A stretch of DNA of 64,000 nt from Trichoplax sp. H2 (Eukaryota). The stretch is from assembly GCA_003344405.1 (NCBI GenBank), contig NOWV01000108.1:124001-188000 (forward strand). Reading direction: 5' to 3'. The notes under the pieces were generated by a model that saw nothing but the letters and a program-made list of their open reading frames with translations, did no database searches and was not told the DNA's origin. Positions 1-13,500 of this stretch are shown here, in pieces. Position 1 is the first letter of the stretch; every line of letters starts with the position of its first letter. The position numbers and the translations under genes are program-made.

Positions 1-1815
1 CCAGAAGCTATGGAAACCGATGCCCCTATGCCTGAAATTTCTGACAAAGATCGGTTGGTGATTTACGCTAAAACAGTTAAAATAATAATTTATACAATAA
101 AACATCCTCTTTGCTTACATTATAATGATATTTTTGTACCTTGTAACGGCAGTCAAGAAGCCTTGGATAAAATGGAACAACGATTACCAAAACAAAAATT
201 GGTTATATTGTGTAGCATTGAAAATGTAACATTTTATATGAAAAAATGCGACTACTGCCTATACCAAGCTTTAGTTGACGTTTTAGTTCCCGATGTTTTA
301 CGGCCAATACCTCGTTAGTTCATATCTGTAAAAATATATTTTTATGTATTAACGCCGAAATATGTTAAGGTGATATATGATTTCTTATGAATGTTGTTCG
401 ATGCTTACCTATACTAGCTGCTCTTACCCAAGCTATTCGTAACTTTGCGAAGAATCTTGAAAGTCAGTTGATAGCTAGCATGGTTGGAATTCCTCAAGCT
501 ATCCAATCTGCAAAGGTAAATTAAAATATGATCCTACAATTTAGAAGTTTAATTGCTATAATGCGCCTAAGATTCATTGTAGGGTATAAAGCTAACTTAA
601 TCATGCTACATGTTCACGTTTAGATGATAGCCGTAAATGCTTTTTCGCAAACATTACGAAGATATACATCATTGAATCATTTGGCTCAAGCAACACGAGC
701 AGTCCTCCAGAATTCAAATCAAATTAGCCAGATGTTGAGCGATCTCAACCGAGTTGACTTCTCAAATGTCCATGTGAGTACTAAATACGCCGTATATATT
801 CATATTTATATATCTAATTAAACGCAAATGGTAGCAATCAATCAATCTCAACATTACTTTAGGAGCAAGCATCGTGGGTTTGCCAATGCGATGAAAATAT
901 AGTTCATCGTTTAGAGTCAGACTTTAAGACTACGTTGCAACAACAGGTAAAAATTAGTATACAATCTTGCTATAAATTTGCAGCTGGTATACAATATAAC
1001 ATAGCAAATCGACTATTAAATGGATAGAAATCCTTAGAGCAATGGTCAGAATGGTTAAAGAATGTTGTAGATTCATGCCTGGAATCTTTTAAAGAAGGCC
1101 ATAATTTTGCTAAAGCAGCCCGTGAATTTTTATTAAAGTGGTCATTTTACAGGTACGAATATACTTCTACAGTTAAATGGTTACTTCATTTGCAATAACA
1201 ATGAATCAGTTAAATTTGCCACTAAGTTTTCCACTAGCGTTAAATTCAATAACTGTAGCCATAATAATATGAAATTCTTTAAATGGCCCTTTCAGCTCCA
1301 TGGTTATCCGCGATCTTACTCTGCGTAGTGCAGCAAGTTTTGGCTCCTTTCATTTAATAAGGCTCTTATATGACGAATATATGTTTTATATCATCGAGCA
1401 TAAAGTTGCTGCAGCTGTTGGTCAGACACCGATTAAAGTTATGGCAGAGGTACTTTCACAGATATAACAGATCTAATCGTAAAACAACTATAATATTGAA
1501 ATATTCTCACAATAACAAATAATAATATCTTTTTTCTGGTAAAGCAATTGGCCTCCTTAGCACGTTCAAGCTCTGTTATCGAAGATTCTAGCATACTCGC
1601 GATGCAAACTTGTACGAATAATGTTATATAGTAATATTATACTCTTTGGCTACACTTGTCAGACATTTGATAACTTTGATTCCTTACTCATCATAGCTAA
1701 TTTAGAAAGTGGTGAAGATAATATATCTATTGCAAAATGTGATGAAGCGAACGTTGCTGGAGCTCCATTGGATGATATTGATGATAGCGCTAATGCAGAA
1801 GCTAAGATGGAATAG
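1..1815 (+). CDS. RFX3: RFX1/2/3-type (DAF-19-like) transcription factor, 3' part (B/C and dimerisation domains); 5' end lies outside the window
   Basis: GT-AG exons at about <1-53, 153-313, 418-515, 624-773, 863-946, 1028-1152, 1296-1449, 1545-1611 and 1697-1815 splice in frame. They give [71 protein letters not shown] and [38 protein letters not shown], hallmark RFX1-3 C-terminal motifs. The paralogue label is approximate and the last two exons are less certain. Confidence 0.95.
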
Positions 1816-4518
1816 TTAAAACTGTATTTGCTAGAGTTACCTGTAATAATAACGATATGGCTTGAACTTTCAGTCTCATCGATGTAAAAGTGGCTAGCTG
1901 TAAATTAATGATATGAACCATTATCTTTAGACAAGTGTAAATGTGGTCATCTAGTTCAACTTATTACTCTTTGTACGTTTAAATATTTTAAAAATTGGAT
2001 CATATTTACAGTCAGGGAGTGCACATAGAGCTATTGAATTAAAAACTGTCTTGATAGTAGTCGAATACAAATTATTTTGCAGTTGCTATAATTACGGTAG
2101 TTTATGATTAAGAAATTTATGTGACTCAGCGATAAGCTTTAGTTGTCTTGCAATATCGCGCTACAATAACAGTCATAAGTTATCGCCTTGTTCTGGCAGA
2201 TGTATCGGAAGAATGTAATAATAATAGTTTTAAGACTACACGATCCTAATAGTCGATCGTTCCATAATTTATGTAATCACTGATGTCTTGTATCATCAGA
2301 ATATAGCTGTTGATATGAAGATAAAAATCATTAATAAGCTACCAATAGTTTTAAACTACATTTTAATGCAATTTTTCGGAAATATTGTTAACCAAGTGAA
2401 AATTATATACATATGCTAAACTTGGTACAGTATTAGACTCTCTACTGTAACATTTATTTGTTACGTAACCCCTCCATATTCAATTTTGGTTGCACAAAAG
2501 TATCGAAGATAGATTGCTAACATATTTCGGAACATCCTGTCAGGATATCTAAACAAATTGAGTATACTTACATATGTTTAGCTCTCTTATTAATAGGGAT
2601 TGAATTACGGCATTTTCCAATAATTGAAGGTTTATTTGTAAGATATCGATATCAAGTATTGCCTGATGTACTTAACGGCTTAGATCGAATTTACGTTCAA
2701 AATACGTAGATCACTATTACATTGCCGATATGGCTAATTTTAAACATTGTCATTTACTTCTTTCTAACGCTTTTAAAAGATTTCCTCGTTTGTAGACGCT
2801 TAATTTCTCATTTAACTCACGATATGTACAATGTTATCAATTGAAACTATGTAGATCTGTAGAAATGAACTATTGTCAATAAATTAATGCCATTAGCGAA
2901 ATTATCGGCTGAAATATCATTTTTCGTACCTTCAACTATATTAAATTTTTGTAATTTGTACTATTTTGTGACTTCCTTTAAAGCGATCGTAATTATAGTA
3001 TTATACTACACTGAGAAACTATCACGCTATCATTTTACCTATAGGTCCTATACCGTAGAAATATTATCATACTTGACTAAGTTTCATTTTTTATATATAA
3101 TAGTTGTTAAAAAAGTGTAGTGTAGCTTTAGCAATGTACCCATGTATCTATTCGCGTACTGAATTACAGACCGTAGAAAAGTATATTTATTTTCTGCAGG
3201 TCTGTAATAGCATGTAGTAAACGATCAACTAATAAAACTTACCATGCTAAATTACTGGACTGTACCGTATAATTAATTGGTGGAGAAACAAGTAAAGATA
3301 ATAACGAGATATAATACAATTAATTGTCTTCAATCTCAGTAGCAAATTTAGTACACACCAATATCAGTTTTAGGTTTATAACCGTAGTTATATAATAAAG
3401 ATCAGCACATACTTAGTTTAGTAGAAAGTTGTTTATTTGCAACTTTTGCAGTTACTATTAAATGATAAGTCATTTAAGAAAAGGCTATACAAATAACCAT
3501 AAAGTTTGATTAGTATACCCAGTTCAGGGCATGCGAATGTACTTGTACGAATTCACCATTGATATATATATATATATATATATATTTAATTAATGAGTCA
3601 TCATTATCGTAAACGTTACTACTGCATGTATTATACAGGCATCATAAGAAATTGATTTAAAAAACAAGTTTTTATATTCTATCGTACCGAAACGGAATTG
3701 ATGTATCCACTTATTACGTCAACAATCGATGATTTTAGATTTCATCGCTATCACGTATAACTGAATACAAGTATACAATAATGATGATGACCAAGCATAA
3801 AAAATTTTTTAATACATAAAATTACTATAGTACATTGATTCTTTTAACAAAATTCAATAAAATTGTTACAAAAAATTCGCCTTGAGTTAATTATACAACA
3901 TTTCAATTGAGGATATTTACTTTGCTCCACGATTCGAAATTGGAAGAATCAAATAATCATAAAAATTATGCAATATCGTGAGCAAATTAAAATATATAAT
4001 GATATTACAAGAAACTTTGCATCTACATTAACTTCTTACAAAATAAAAGATATTCATACTTACAAATGAGGATAAGATGGTTATATAGAAAATCCAAAAA
4101 CATCCATTAGCAAAAAAAATATGTTACTGTATCATATATTTAACCTCGACTAGATCCCTTACATTTAACAGTGTTATTGATTCTCGATAACCGATACACC
4201 ATATCGATACAAACAACGATTATAAATCAGTATCTCTAAACTTGTAATTAAAAATTTTACAAAACAGAGGTATCGTTTGCTCATAAAAGAACATTAAATT
4301 CAATAAATATGGTTCAGTACTAATACAAGTTAGAAAATTGTTTATCTTAAATACGATATTGGAGTAAAATGACATTATTCGTACAGAAGATTTAACGTAT
4401 CTATACTACGATCAAATACAGATAGCTGTAAAGGGACTGTGAAGCGGACGAGAAAGTAATCTCCCTTCTCCACTCAATCATTAAATTTTCAAGTAGAAAT
4501 TTTAGCTTTTAATTCTAT

Positions 4519-7500
4519 TTACAAGGACTGACCATAATCTCGAACTATAATTAAATCGACTGGGCTAGTAGAGCACTTTAAAATAGCTACAGCTTCCGGA
4601 TGTGTAACGTCAACCAAATCGTGACCGTTTACCTATGACATCAAATCGCAGTGAAATGAAAGTTAAGAGCAGATTAAGTATTACGTGGTAGATTCTTTGC
4701 AATAATTAATAATATAGTTATGATGAGATAAAGTGAAGTTATACATTATAAGAGAAAATAAACACTTAACTAAGGGCGACTGTAGAATGGATTGTGATAC
4801 ACTTTTTATTTTAAGTTACCTGTAATAACTTATCCCCTGGTATAACGCCCGTCGCTGCTGAACCATTCGGTAATACTCGCGTAACATAAATACCTCCCTA
4901 TAACAAAGTAATTTAAGCATTTAACTATTTGAAAGAGTCACATTTTAGTATTACTCTAGCAACATTCTCGGCTCTGAGTTAAGATCTGTTGTACCCTATC
5001 ATTCGGCTTGTAAGGATTTCCAGGAGATCCGATTCCGCCAGAAATGCTAAAGCCAAGACCGGGATTCTTTTCTATTTGTACTCGGAACTAAGCATTTTAT
5101 AATACACAATAAATATCAGCTTCATCAACCTACATCTTCAAAAATAGGTTTAATCTATTTTACCGTTTGTTGAAGTGTAGAATTTAATACGGATTCTATT
5201 GGCCTGACAACCGGCTTACGAGGTGGGCCAGATGCCTGTGAACGACCTTCAGAACTTGGTGCTCTCTTAGCAGCCAATCGCTGTTCTCTATAAAACTGCT
5301 CTTCAACATCTGAACTATCCTAAAATAAGAATGATATAAATCTATGTGAATTTTTCTGCTAAATATATCTAAGAAATTAGTCATGCTGTTAATAAAATAC
5401 CGCGTTCATAAAATTTTTGAAAATCTCATCACTTACAGGAAAGTACATATAATTACGTGGATCGTCTAACTTATTCTCTTTTGCATAATCTCTTTCAACT
5501 TGCATTTTTTGACGGACCCATGATTTTAGACTCCTAGAACTTTCAGAATCATCTAAATTCTCCACATTGAATTTAAAACCACTATCTTCGGTGTCTACGG
5601 GATCGGCTTTATTTTCAGCATTGGGAGTTTTCCTTTGAACTTCTTCATGCTGTTGGGGTCTTTCTCTATGTTTACGGTGACTAACCTTTTGTACTTGTTT
5701 TTCTTCACCAGACCTGGGTGTATTTTCATTTTTACGAGGTGAAACACGAGCAACTTTCACTTGATTCGATGCTATCTGATCCGTTTCATTTTGACCTTCA
5801 TGAGCTTTATTTTGTGCAACGCCATGTTGAACTAGTGTTGAATAAGATCTCGGCTGAGCATCATTAGTGTTCAGTGCATTGCCATTTAATTTCTTATTTC
5901 TTTTTGATTGCTTTGTGGCACCAGCATCTGCTGACATACCATTATTTGGTATTCCCCCTATCATTTCGTTATTCATTTCATTATCACGCTGGTCACGTAC
6001 AACCATGATACTTGAGGAGTGATTCATCTTCCTGTTGCTTTCACCGTCTTTAATCTCACCCTTATTACGTCTAGTGCGGTGAGATTGCACTCGGTCGTGA
6101 TTATGATAATTTGAGTTCGATTCCATTGGCGAAGATTTCTCATCATCGCGATAACTATCTGCATCATTCATTGGAACAGGGTAAGGCTCAACAGTGGCAC
6201 ACCAAGCAAGAATACGAGCTTCCTTTTCAGCATCGTAATCTTCGTGAAAATATCCTACCATTCGACGGTTACCATTAGGACCATTTCGTGCTGGTTTAGG
6301 TTTATCGCGTTCCTTCGTTACTTTCGTATGCTTCTTCACAACCTCTTGTGATCTATCTTCGTTATTCACTTCTTCGTGTAACCGATTAGGCTGCTCATGC
6401 TTACTAGTGTGCTGCTTAATTGGCGCTATAACTTGCTGCTTATTCTGTAGTACATGCCTGTCTTGATTTGCATGCTCTCTTTTCTTTTGATTACTATCGA
6501 AATTATTAACATGTATGTGTTCTCGAGATGTACTCTTGGTAATTTTAACACCTTTAGGTTTAGAGTCGGGGACAGAGTCAACTCGCTTTGAGTCTTCCTT
6601 TACTAGAGATTTTTGAGGTTCTTTATTATGCGAAGCATTGATAATGTGGCTCGATCTTGCAACTTTGTCTTGCGATGGTTGTCCAATATCGCGATTAATA
6701 TCTTGATGTTGATCAGCATTAAAAGTCGAAGTAGGCATATTACTAATATTCTTCATACTTCCACGCTGATAGTTGAGGTTATCTTGTGATGCACGAGGTG
6801 CTATAGCTTTTTCATGGTCGGTGATCTGACTCGCAGAAATACTATCAGCAACATCCCCATTTCTCTTGGCCCACCAATAGTTGCTACCTTTGCCGCTAGC
6901 GGTATCAGGAGAAGCAAAGGAAGCTATACCTTCATATAAATTGGAAGTGCTATATCGAACATCAGAAGCTGTTAAACTACGTCGTATATCAGTGACATCA
7001 GTTAAAGCACGTCGCCGTTTATCGTTACTTGGTGAAGTATATCCACTATGATCTGTAATATCAGTCATGCTTCGATGAAGAGCACCAGGCTGGGTAGATC
7101 GCGTTCGTATTCTGTCTATATCATCAATGAGCACCCTAAAACGATTATCTGGAGAACGAACCAGATCTGCCGTAGTATTATTAACAACATTGTTGTTAAT
7201 AGCACTCATTGATCCATGTAAACGATTTACATTTAGATTGCTTTTAAGCTGATGACGATCCGGTGATGTTATGGCAACATTATTGTTACCAACTTGTCTA
7301 CTAACATTGTAGCCATCAGTAAAATCAGAAAATCTTTCCTGATCGCTAGGAGAGGTCACTTCCGCTTCGTACCTATTTTGATGATTCTTATCCGCAGATT
7401 GTACATAGCTTCTCTCATTAATATCTAAGTTACGGTTACTATGTTTAGTTGGGGACGGATATCGAGCTCGATCCCGTTCCCTGTGGACTACATTAACATT

Positions 7501-10500
7501 TTGATGATCATAATTATCGTGAGAATTCGTAGCAAGAACTCTGTCTACATGATCGTTCGATCGTCTGTGATAACGATCTTGAAAGCTGGCCTGTTTACGT
7601 CCATCCTGCATGTCAGGAGTACTTCTGTTGCGCCTAGTTGGTGAATTGGGATAATTATCTCTGAAATCATTATCTGGAACTCCTCTACGCACTTTCGGTG
7701 ATGTCATAGATTGTATCCTTGACGAGGCTTCGCCACTTCGCTCATCCTGTGGACGTCGATATCTCTGAACTGGCATTCCATTCTCGATAGGTCTCGTACG
7801 ATCTTCATTAGCATTGTACTTTCCTTTCGAAACGTGATGATTACGGGAATCGTACCTGGCAGACATTGCAGTTACTTTTTGTTGATGATAGACTTCGGCA
7901 TTGTAACTACCATTAGAGTAGGTATCATATTCGCCTGTCTGCTAAGTTTACAGATTAATATAATTAGTAAGTAATTATAATTACTATAATGTCCACAAAA
8001 ATTGCAATATTTATCAATCATTTTCATATATTTTTGTTACTTTATTATAGTTTCTATGATTTTCGTCCCGATGATGAGGTCTCCTGCTATCGGTTGAACG
8101 TGGCTGATGTCGACCGTAGTGTCTTGGTGAAGAAGTACTACCATCGCTATGCGACAAGTAATCATGCTGACGTTGTTCAAGTCTCTTTCGATGCTGGTCC
8201 TTATCAAGAACTTGTCTACTCATCAGATAACGTTCTTGCATAGGATTAATTTTAGCATCCTTTGGGTATGGTGTGCGCCGTCGACTAGTTTGTTCGTCCT
8301 TTTTAAAACACTACAATTAGTATCGAAGGCTTTGATTTACTACCCAATAATAAAGTATTCTAAGACAAAATTACCGCTTCAATGTTATCAGATATATCAA
8401 ACGCAATACGATTAGGTCTGTTATATTCAATAGGTTGTTCTCTCCAAGTTCTGTTGTAAGAATGCAAACTACCTTCATCACTGTAAGATAACTGAGAGGA
8501 TCCTATCATGAACAAAGTAAGAACGTCTTAATCAACTTTACAGGATCAAAATCAAAAAAGGAACAATCAGCAGCAAAAAGTTTTACCCTCTTCACTAGAA
8601 TAAGTTGGCTGAGGCATTAAAAAGCACGTTAATACTCGCATTTTCGTACTCGGATCGAAGTCGGTTTGCAGTGGGTACAGCGGCTTTGACTGGATTTTGA
8701 ATTTTATTATAGTATATCATGTTAGTTTACTATATCGCATCTTCTATGGTATCAATATCAACGCAATAAGATACTGCTTATTACGGCTTTATCCCTTATT
8801 TAATTTCGTTAAAACTTAAAATCATATTCCACATCAATACCAATGCATATCATAGACTAATTTTACGGCAAATACAATTACTTGGTTTTCTGATAGCCAT
8901 AACGCTGAAAGTTGGGTAAGATTTGCAACAGTATGCGGTAAATTTTGTAGCCTTGACGAAAATTTGATGAAATTATATTAACTTCTTTAAGTAAAAATGA
9001 TAATAGCTAGATTGGTAAAAGTTACCTATTCTCGCTAAGAGTTAAGACTTTAAGTCTAATTAAACGACCAATTTCATCCGGTACTTTTTCTAGATGGTTA
9101 CATCTCAAAGATAATATAGTCAATGCTGAGCAATTTCCGAGCTACGATAGAAAAAAATTCACGCAGAATTGGATTTAATAACAATAACTTACTAAATTAC
9201 ACAATTATAAAATATTACATAAAAAACTGAATCCTATAAAGTACCTCAGATGGTAAATAAAATAAGTAATTTTCGTCTGCGTTAAATATTCTAAGTTTCT
9301 TTAAATAACCAATTGTAGAAGGCAGTTCCTGTAGATAGGTTAGCTTTATTAGTCTTATTAGTAGATTTAACAGTGTAAATACGTGTATGCTGATTCCAAA
9401 GTCAAATAACTATAGCAGACGTGATATTAATATTACTTTCAAACATTACAAGGTTGCATTCTTCATAAAGAGCTGATGTACACGAAAAGTATACGTATAC
9501 ATGTACATATATATATATATACTTTAATTTTATCTATTAGTCCAAATATTCATATATATATTTACGTACCTCCAAATCGTTACCGCTAATACTGAACTCA
9601 GTTAATGACTCCAGGCTGATGGTTTTAATTCAAAAATTATTGATGTTCATTACTTGTGAATAAGTACTATAAAATAGTTTAATACAGCAAGGCTTAATGA
9701 AAATGTTCTATACTTACCCTCCTAATGATAAGGGTAAATATTCAATTTCGTTTTCATCTAATTTTAAAGTTTCTAATCGACGAAGATTTCCAACTTTTTC
9801 TATTAATTCCATTAGGAAATTACAAGATAAGTCCAAATACGTAATATTTTCCAATTCAGCTAGTTCTTCCGGCAGCCACTCTATAGCATTGTAATGCGCA
9901 TCTAGGTACTCAAGCTTTCTTAAACGTCTAATACTCTAATAAATTCGAATATTAATTGCAGATTAGCTCATTAATGTAATCATAAGCACTAAAAAGCAGA
10001 CTCAATGATTCCTCCAGATAGAGTCAGGTTATTTCGGTACTATCATTTATTAATATTATGATGCAATAGCAAGTGATTTATGTATCTTGTTCTATTGTCC
10101 ATATACTTACCACTGGTAAAGTTCTTAAGTTATTATAGTCTACCCATAGTTCCATTAAATTTACAAATAAGCCTATTTCTTCCGGCTGTAATCACAAAAG
10201 AAATGCCAATTATAACCTTTAGATCAGTTTCTACGCATATCACACACACTTAATCATCGCAACTTGAAACTATATCACAAGTAACATCTTATCCCTTTCA
10301 TAGTTAGGCTTATAACATATTTTATCCGCTAATTATATAAATAAATTCTTTCGCAATAAAATAATAGTGTAATTTTGATATATAAATGGCAATTGCAATA
10401 CATCTATGGCGACGACACGTACAGTAGCATACGAATTACGGTATATGTTATACAGTAGTTATGGCATGAAGTAATTGTGAGCATTATAATCTATTCTATA

Positions 10501-13500
10501 TTGACTAATAAAGGCAAAAATTTACTACTTTCTTCCTTATTTTTGAATGATAGCATGTTGTAATAAAACGTTAAAATTTAATGTAGCTGAGTAAAAAGAT
10601 AACATTAGAAATGAGAAATAATTAAGTGCTTAACACTATTCGAAATATTTCTCAACCTGTATTAGGAGTGTAACATGACTTACCAAATCATCAAATTCGT
10701 TATTACCAATATCTAAGTGTTGCAATTCTACCAAACGGCCTATTGATCTACATACAATATTGTAACAACATCTTTAATATTTAATTACAGTTAAATACTA
10801 GTAAGGTTGATAATCTACGCAAGCTTTCTGTAGGAGATACATTCATAGTCAGACACTTTTACTTACTTAGGTAGTGTTTTCAAGTTGTTTTGTCGCAGCT
10901 CCAATACTTTTAGATTACTTAGCCTGATGGTCGAAAAAAACAGAGTACATACGTATTAAGATATGGTAATGCAGTGGGCCATTCTTTAGTAGAACATATC
11001 AACGTTGTCCAAGTATAACATTTTAAATATTTTAAAAAGTTAACGAAAGTATTATTCTAGCTAAGTGTTAAAAAGAGCAATACATAAATTATCTATAGTT
11101 AAATATCGAACAATAATTTCATCTAGATCAAATCTACAGGATAATAGATTGCAGAATCGGTGAATTAGAATATACAGTATCAGTAGAAAATTCTGAATGA
11201 TAAGTTGTTGCATTTGAATAGAACTAGCTAAAAAGTTTACTGTGGTACTTACCGCCCAAAGTTTGCCGGTAGATAATCCAAATATGAATCGTTTAAATAC
11301 AACTCAGTTAAATTCAATAACTGTGTAAATCCATCACCGAGTCTACTCGTAAATCGAAATGAAAGGCAACAATCACATTATATTAGACCAGCTGCAGAGA
11401 TAAGTACATGTAAAGTTATATCTAGTACGATCTCGAGGGCTTATTACCGCAATGACGTGTATAACTGACATACGTCTCAATATTATCCTTTTTGAGGCCG
11501 AGTAAAATATAATGCAAATTACAAATCATTTAACACCAATAGATTAACTGCATATAATTTTATATCGCTATTATTCTACTGAGCATCTCTGTATGTGTAT
11601 AACCGTGAATATAGGACGCAACCAGATAATATGTAATATGACCGTAAAGCTGCAGGATACTGTTTTTGCATTCAATTACGTTGTTATCCTTACTAAAAAC
11701 GGAATGCATGCCGATGCACACTTTTGTATAACCGCTATTAGCGTTATTAGCAATAAATCTACATTATGTTATGTTTCAGCATTTCATATTTGGATTCTTT
11801 AGTTAAGCACAAGTTTGTCTGATTTTTGAGTATGGTTCGATTATATCATGTATTGAATCATCCATAATTAAATTTAGCACTCTGTTATTTTAGTATCTAT
11901 GTAGTTCAAATACTAAAGAAGATAGCCAAAATATGCTACAGTTTCTTTTAAAACAGTAGCATCATACATAATTTATAAATCCTACGCATAGTGTAATACA
12001 GTAAGAAAAAAGTTAAAGCGTATATTGATGCAAACTACAGTACAGTTCAACTTTTGTATAATTAATGAGATAGTAGTAAACCACGATACTATGGTTCCTC
12101 ATTAGAAATAAATTTATACATTTTAACAGAAACTTAGGGAAAAAGGGTAAATACGAGATACTGCAGATGTAACAAAACAACTTGGGCTTCAATATAAATT
12201 ATCGTTTACTTAATAACTTACCTTTTAAGTGGGTTAACGCTTGCATCAAGTATAGCCAAAGCTTTACAGCATTTGATACTGTCCGGTATTTCTGCAATAC
12301 CTGTAATTAAAGAATAAATATTGAAAAACAGGACATAACGTAAATAATTATAATAAAAGATAGAAAGAAAAACAAACCAGATCACGCATAAATTGATTAG
12401 CGATTTGAGAAGAGAAGTATTTATGACAATTGGTCAAGCCCACAAATTTAATCGGACAGTAAGTCAAACTAGTTGATCAACATATACATGATTATTCTAT
12501 TATGGAATAAAATACTAAACATAGTTGAATGCTAGTCATTGATAAAATACGCGTACACTAGCATAAATTATGATTCATACTAGTATAATACAATTGTAGT
12601 GTCAGAGGATTGTCAATTTATTTGAATAATTAGATAAAATCCGGTAGTTAAAGATAATGCAGTTTAAATATTGCAGCATAGACTTTGTCAACGTTGATAA
12701 CAAAGACTGGACAATAACATCCTACAAAATCTCCAAAATTAACTTTCTACGCTATACAGTGCATATATGTAGACTATTAGTAGCACTGTATCGTAAATAG
12801 GCGTTGGCGATAATTTTGTGATTCGACCGTTTTGTATTGTTGTCAGATAATATATAATCAGACATTTTATTTACATATCGATTTTACTGCATAACAGCAC
12901 AGTAAACGTTGTATACTGGCGTGTAATAATTAAGGTATCCTTCTTTGATCTATTGATTTTAAGTTTCATTTTAGTATTGTAATGGTTTCTAATGGTGGCC
13001 TTACAAACATTAATTTCTAGCGATCATATTCATAATACCCTGGCTATAAAATAATCTCAAAAATCATTTCATGATGACTACTAGCCTGCGTCAATTGCGT
13101 GTTGATGTGTCAAGGAAAGACATTCGAATGGTCGACGTGAAAGAAGAATTTAAGGGAAACCATAAGTTGGACTTCGTAGTTGAAGTTGACTCGATTGGTG
13201 TAGTTGTATGAATGTCGTCCCGAATTTACTAATGGGCTATTCAATCATATGGGCAATGTTGCATTTTACTTACGTTTAAAATGCGATTGCAGTAAAATCC
13301 CTTACAGTTACAATTCAAGACACTTATTATGCACCTCGATGACTATTTACGAATGTAAATATGTCGAGATTTTTGATGACTATAAGGGTCAATACATTGT
13401 GTAAAGTAATCGGTAGTATTGATCGCATCGTATTAGTAGGATCGCTCAATTAGGAATGTTGGTTGCATTGGTTGTTCCACAGACCGACGTAATTATAAAC

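Noticed and set aside
3562-3584. (TA)n tracts here and at about 22742, 31945 and 40860, plus (AAT)n at 15788
   Set aside because: Ordinary microsatellites in AT-rich DNA.
5389-7866. 825-aa ORF as a stand-alone gene
   Set aside because: It is the large internal exon of the LAP gene and splices in frame at 7941 and 5437.
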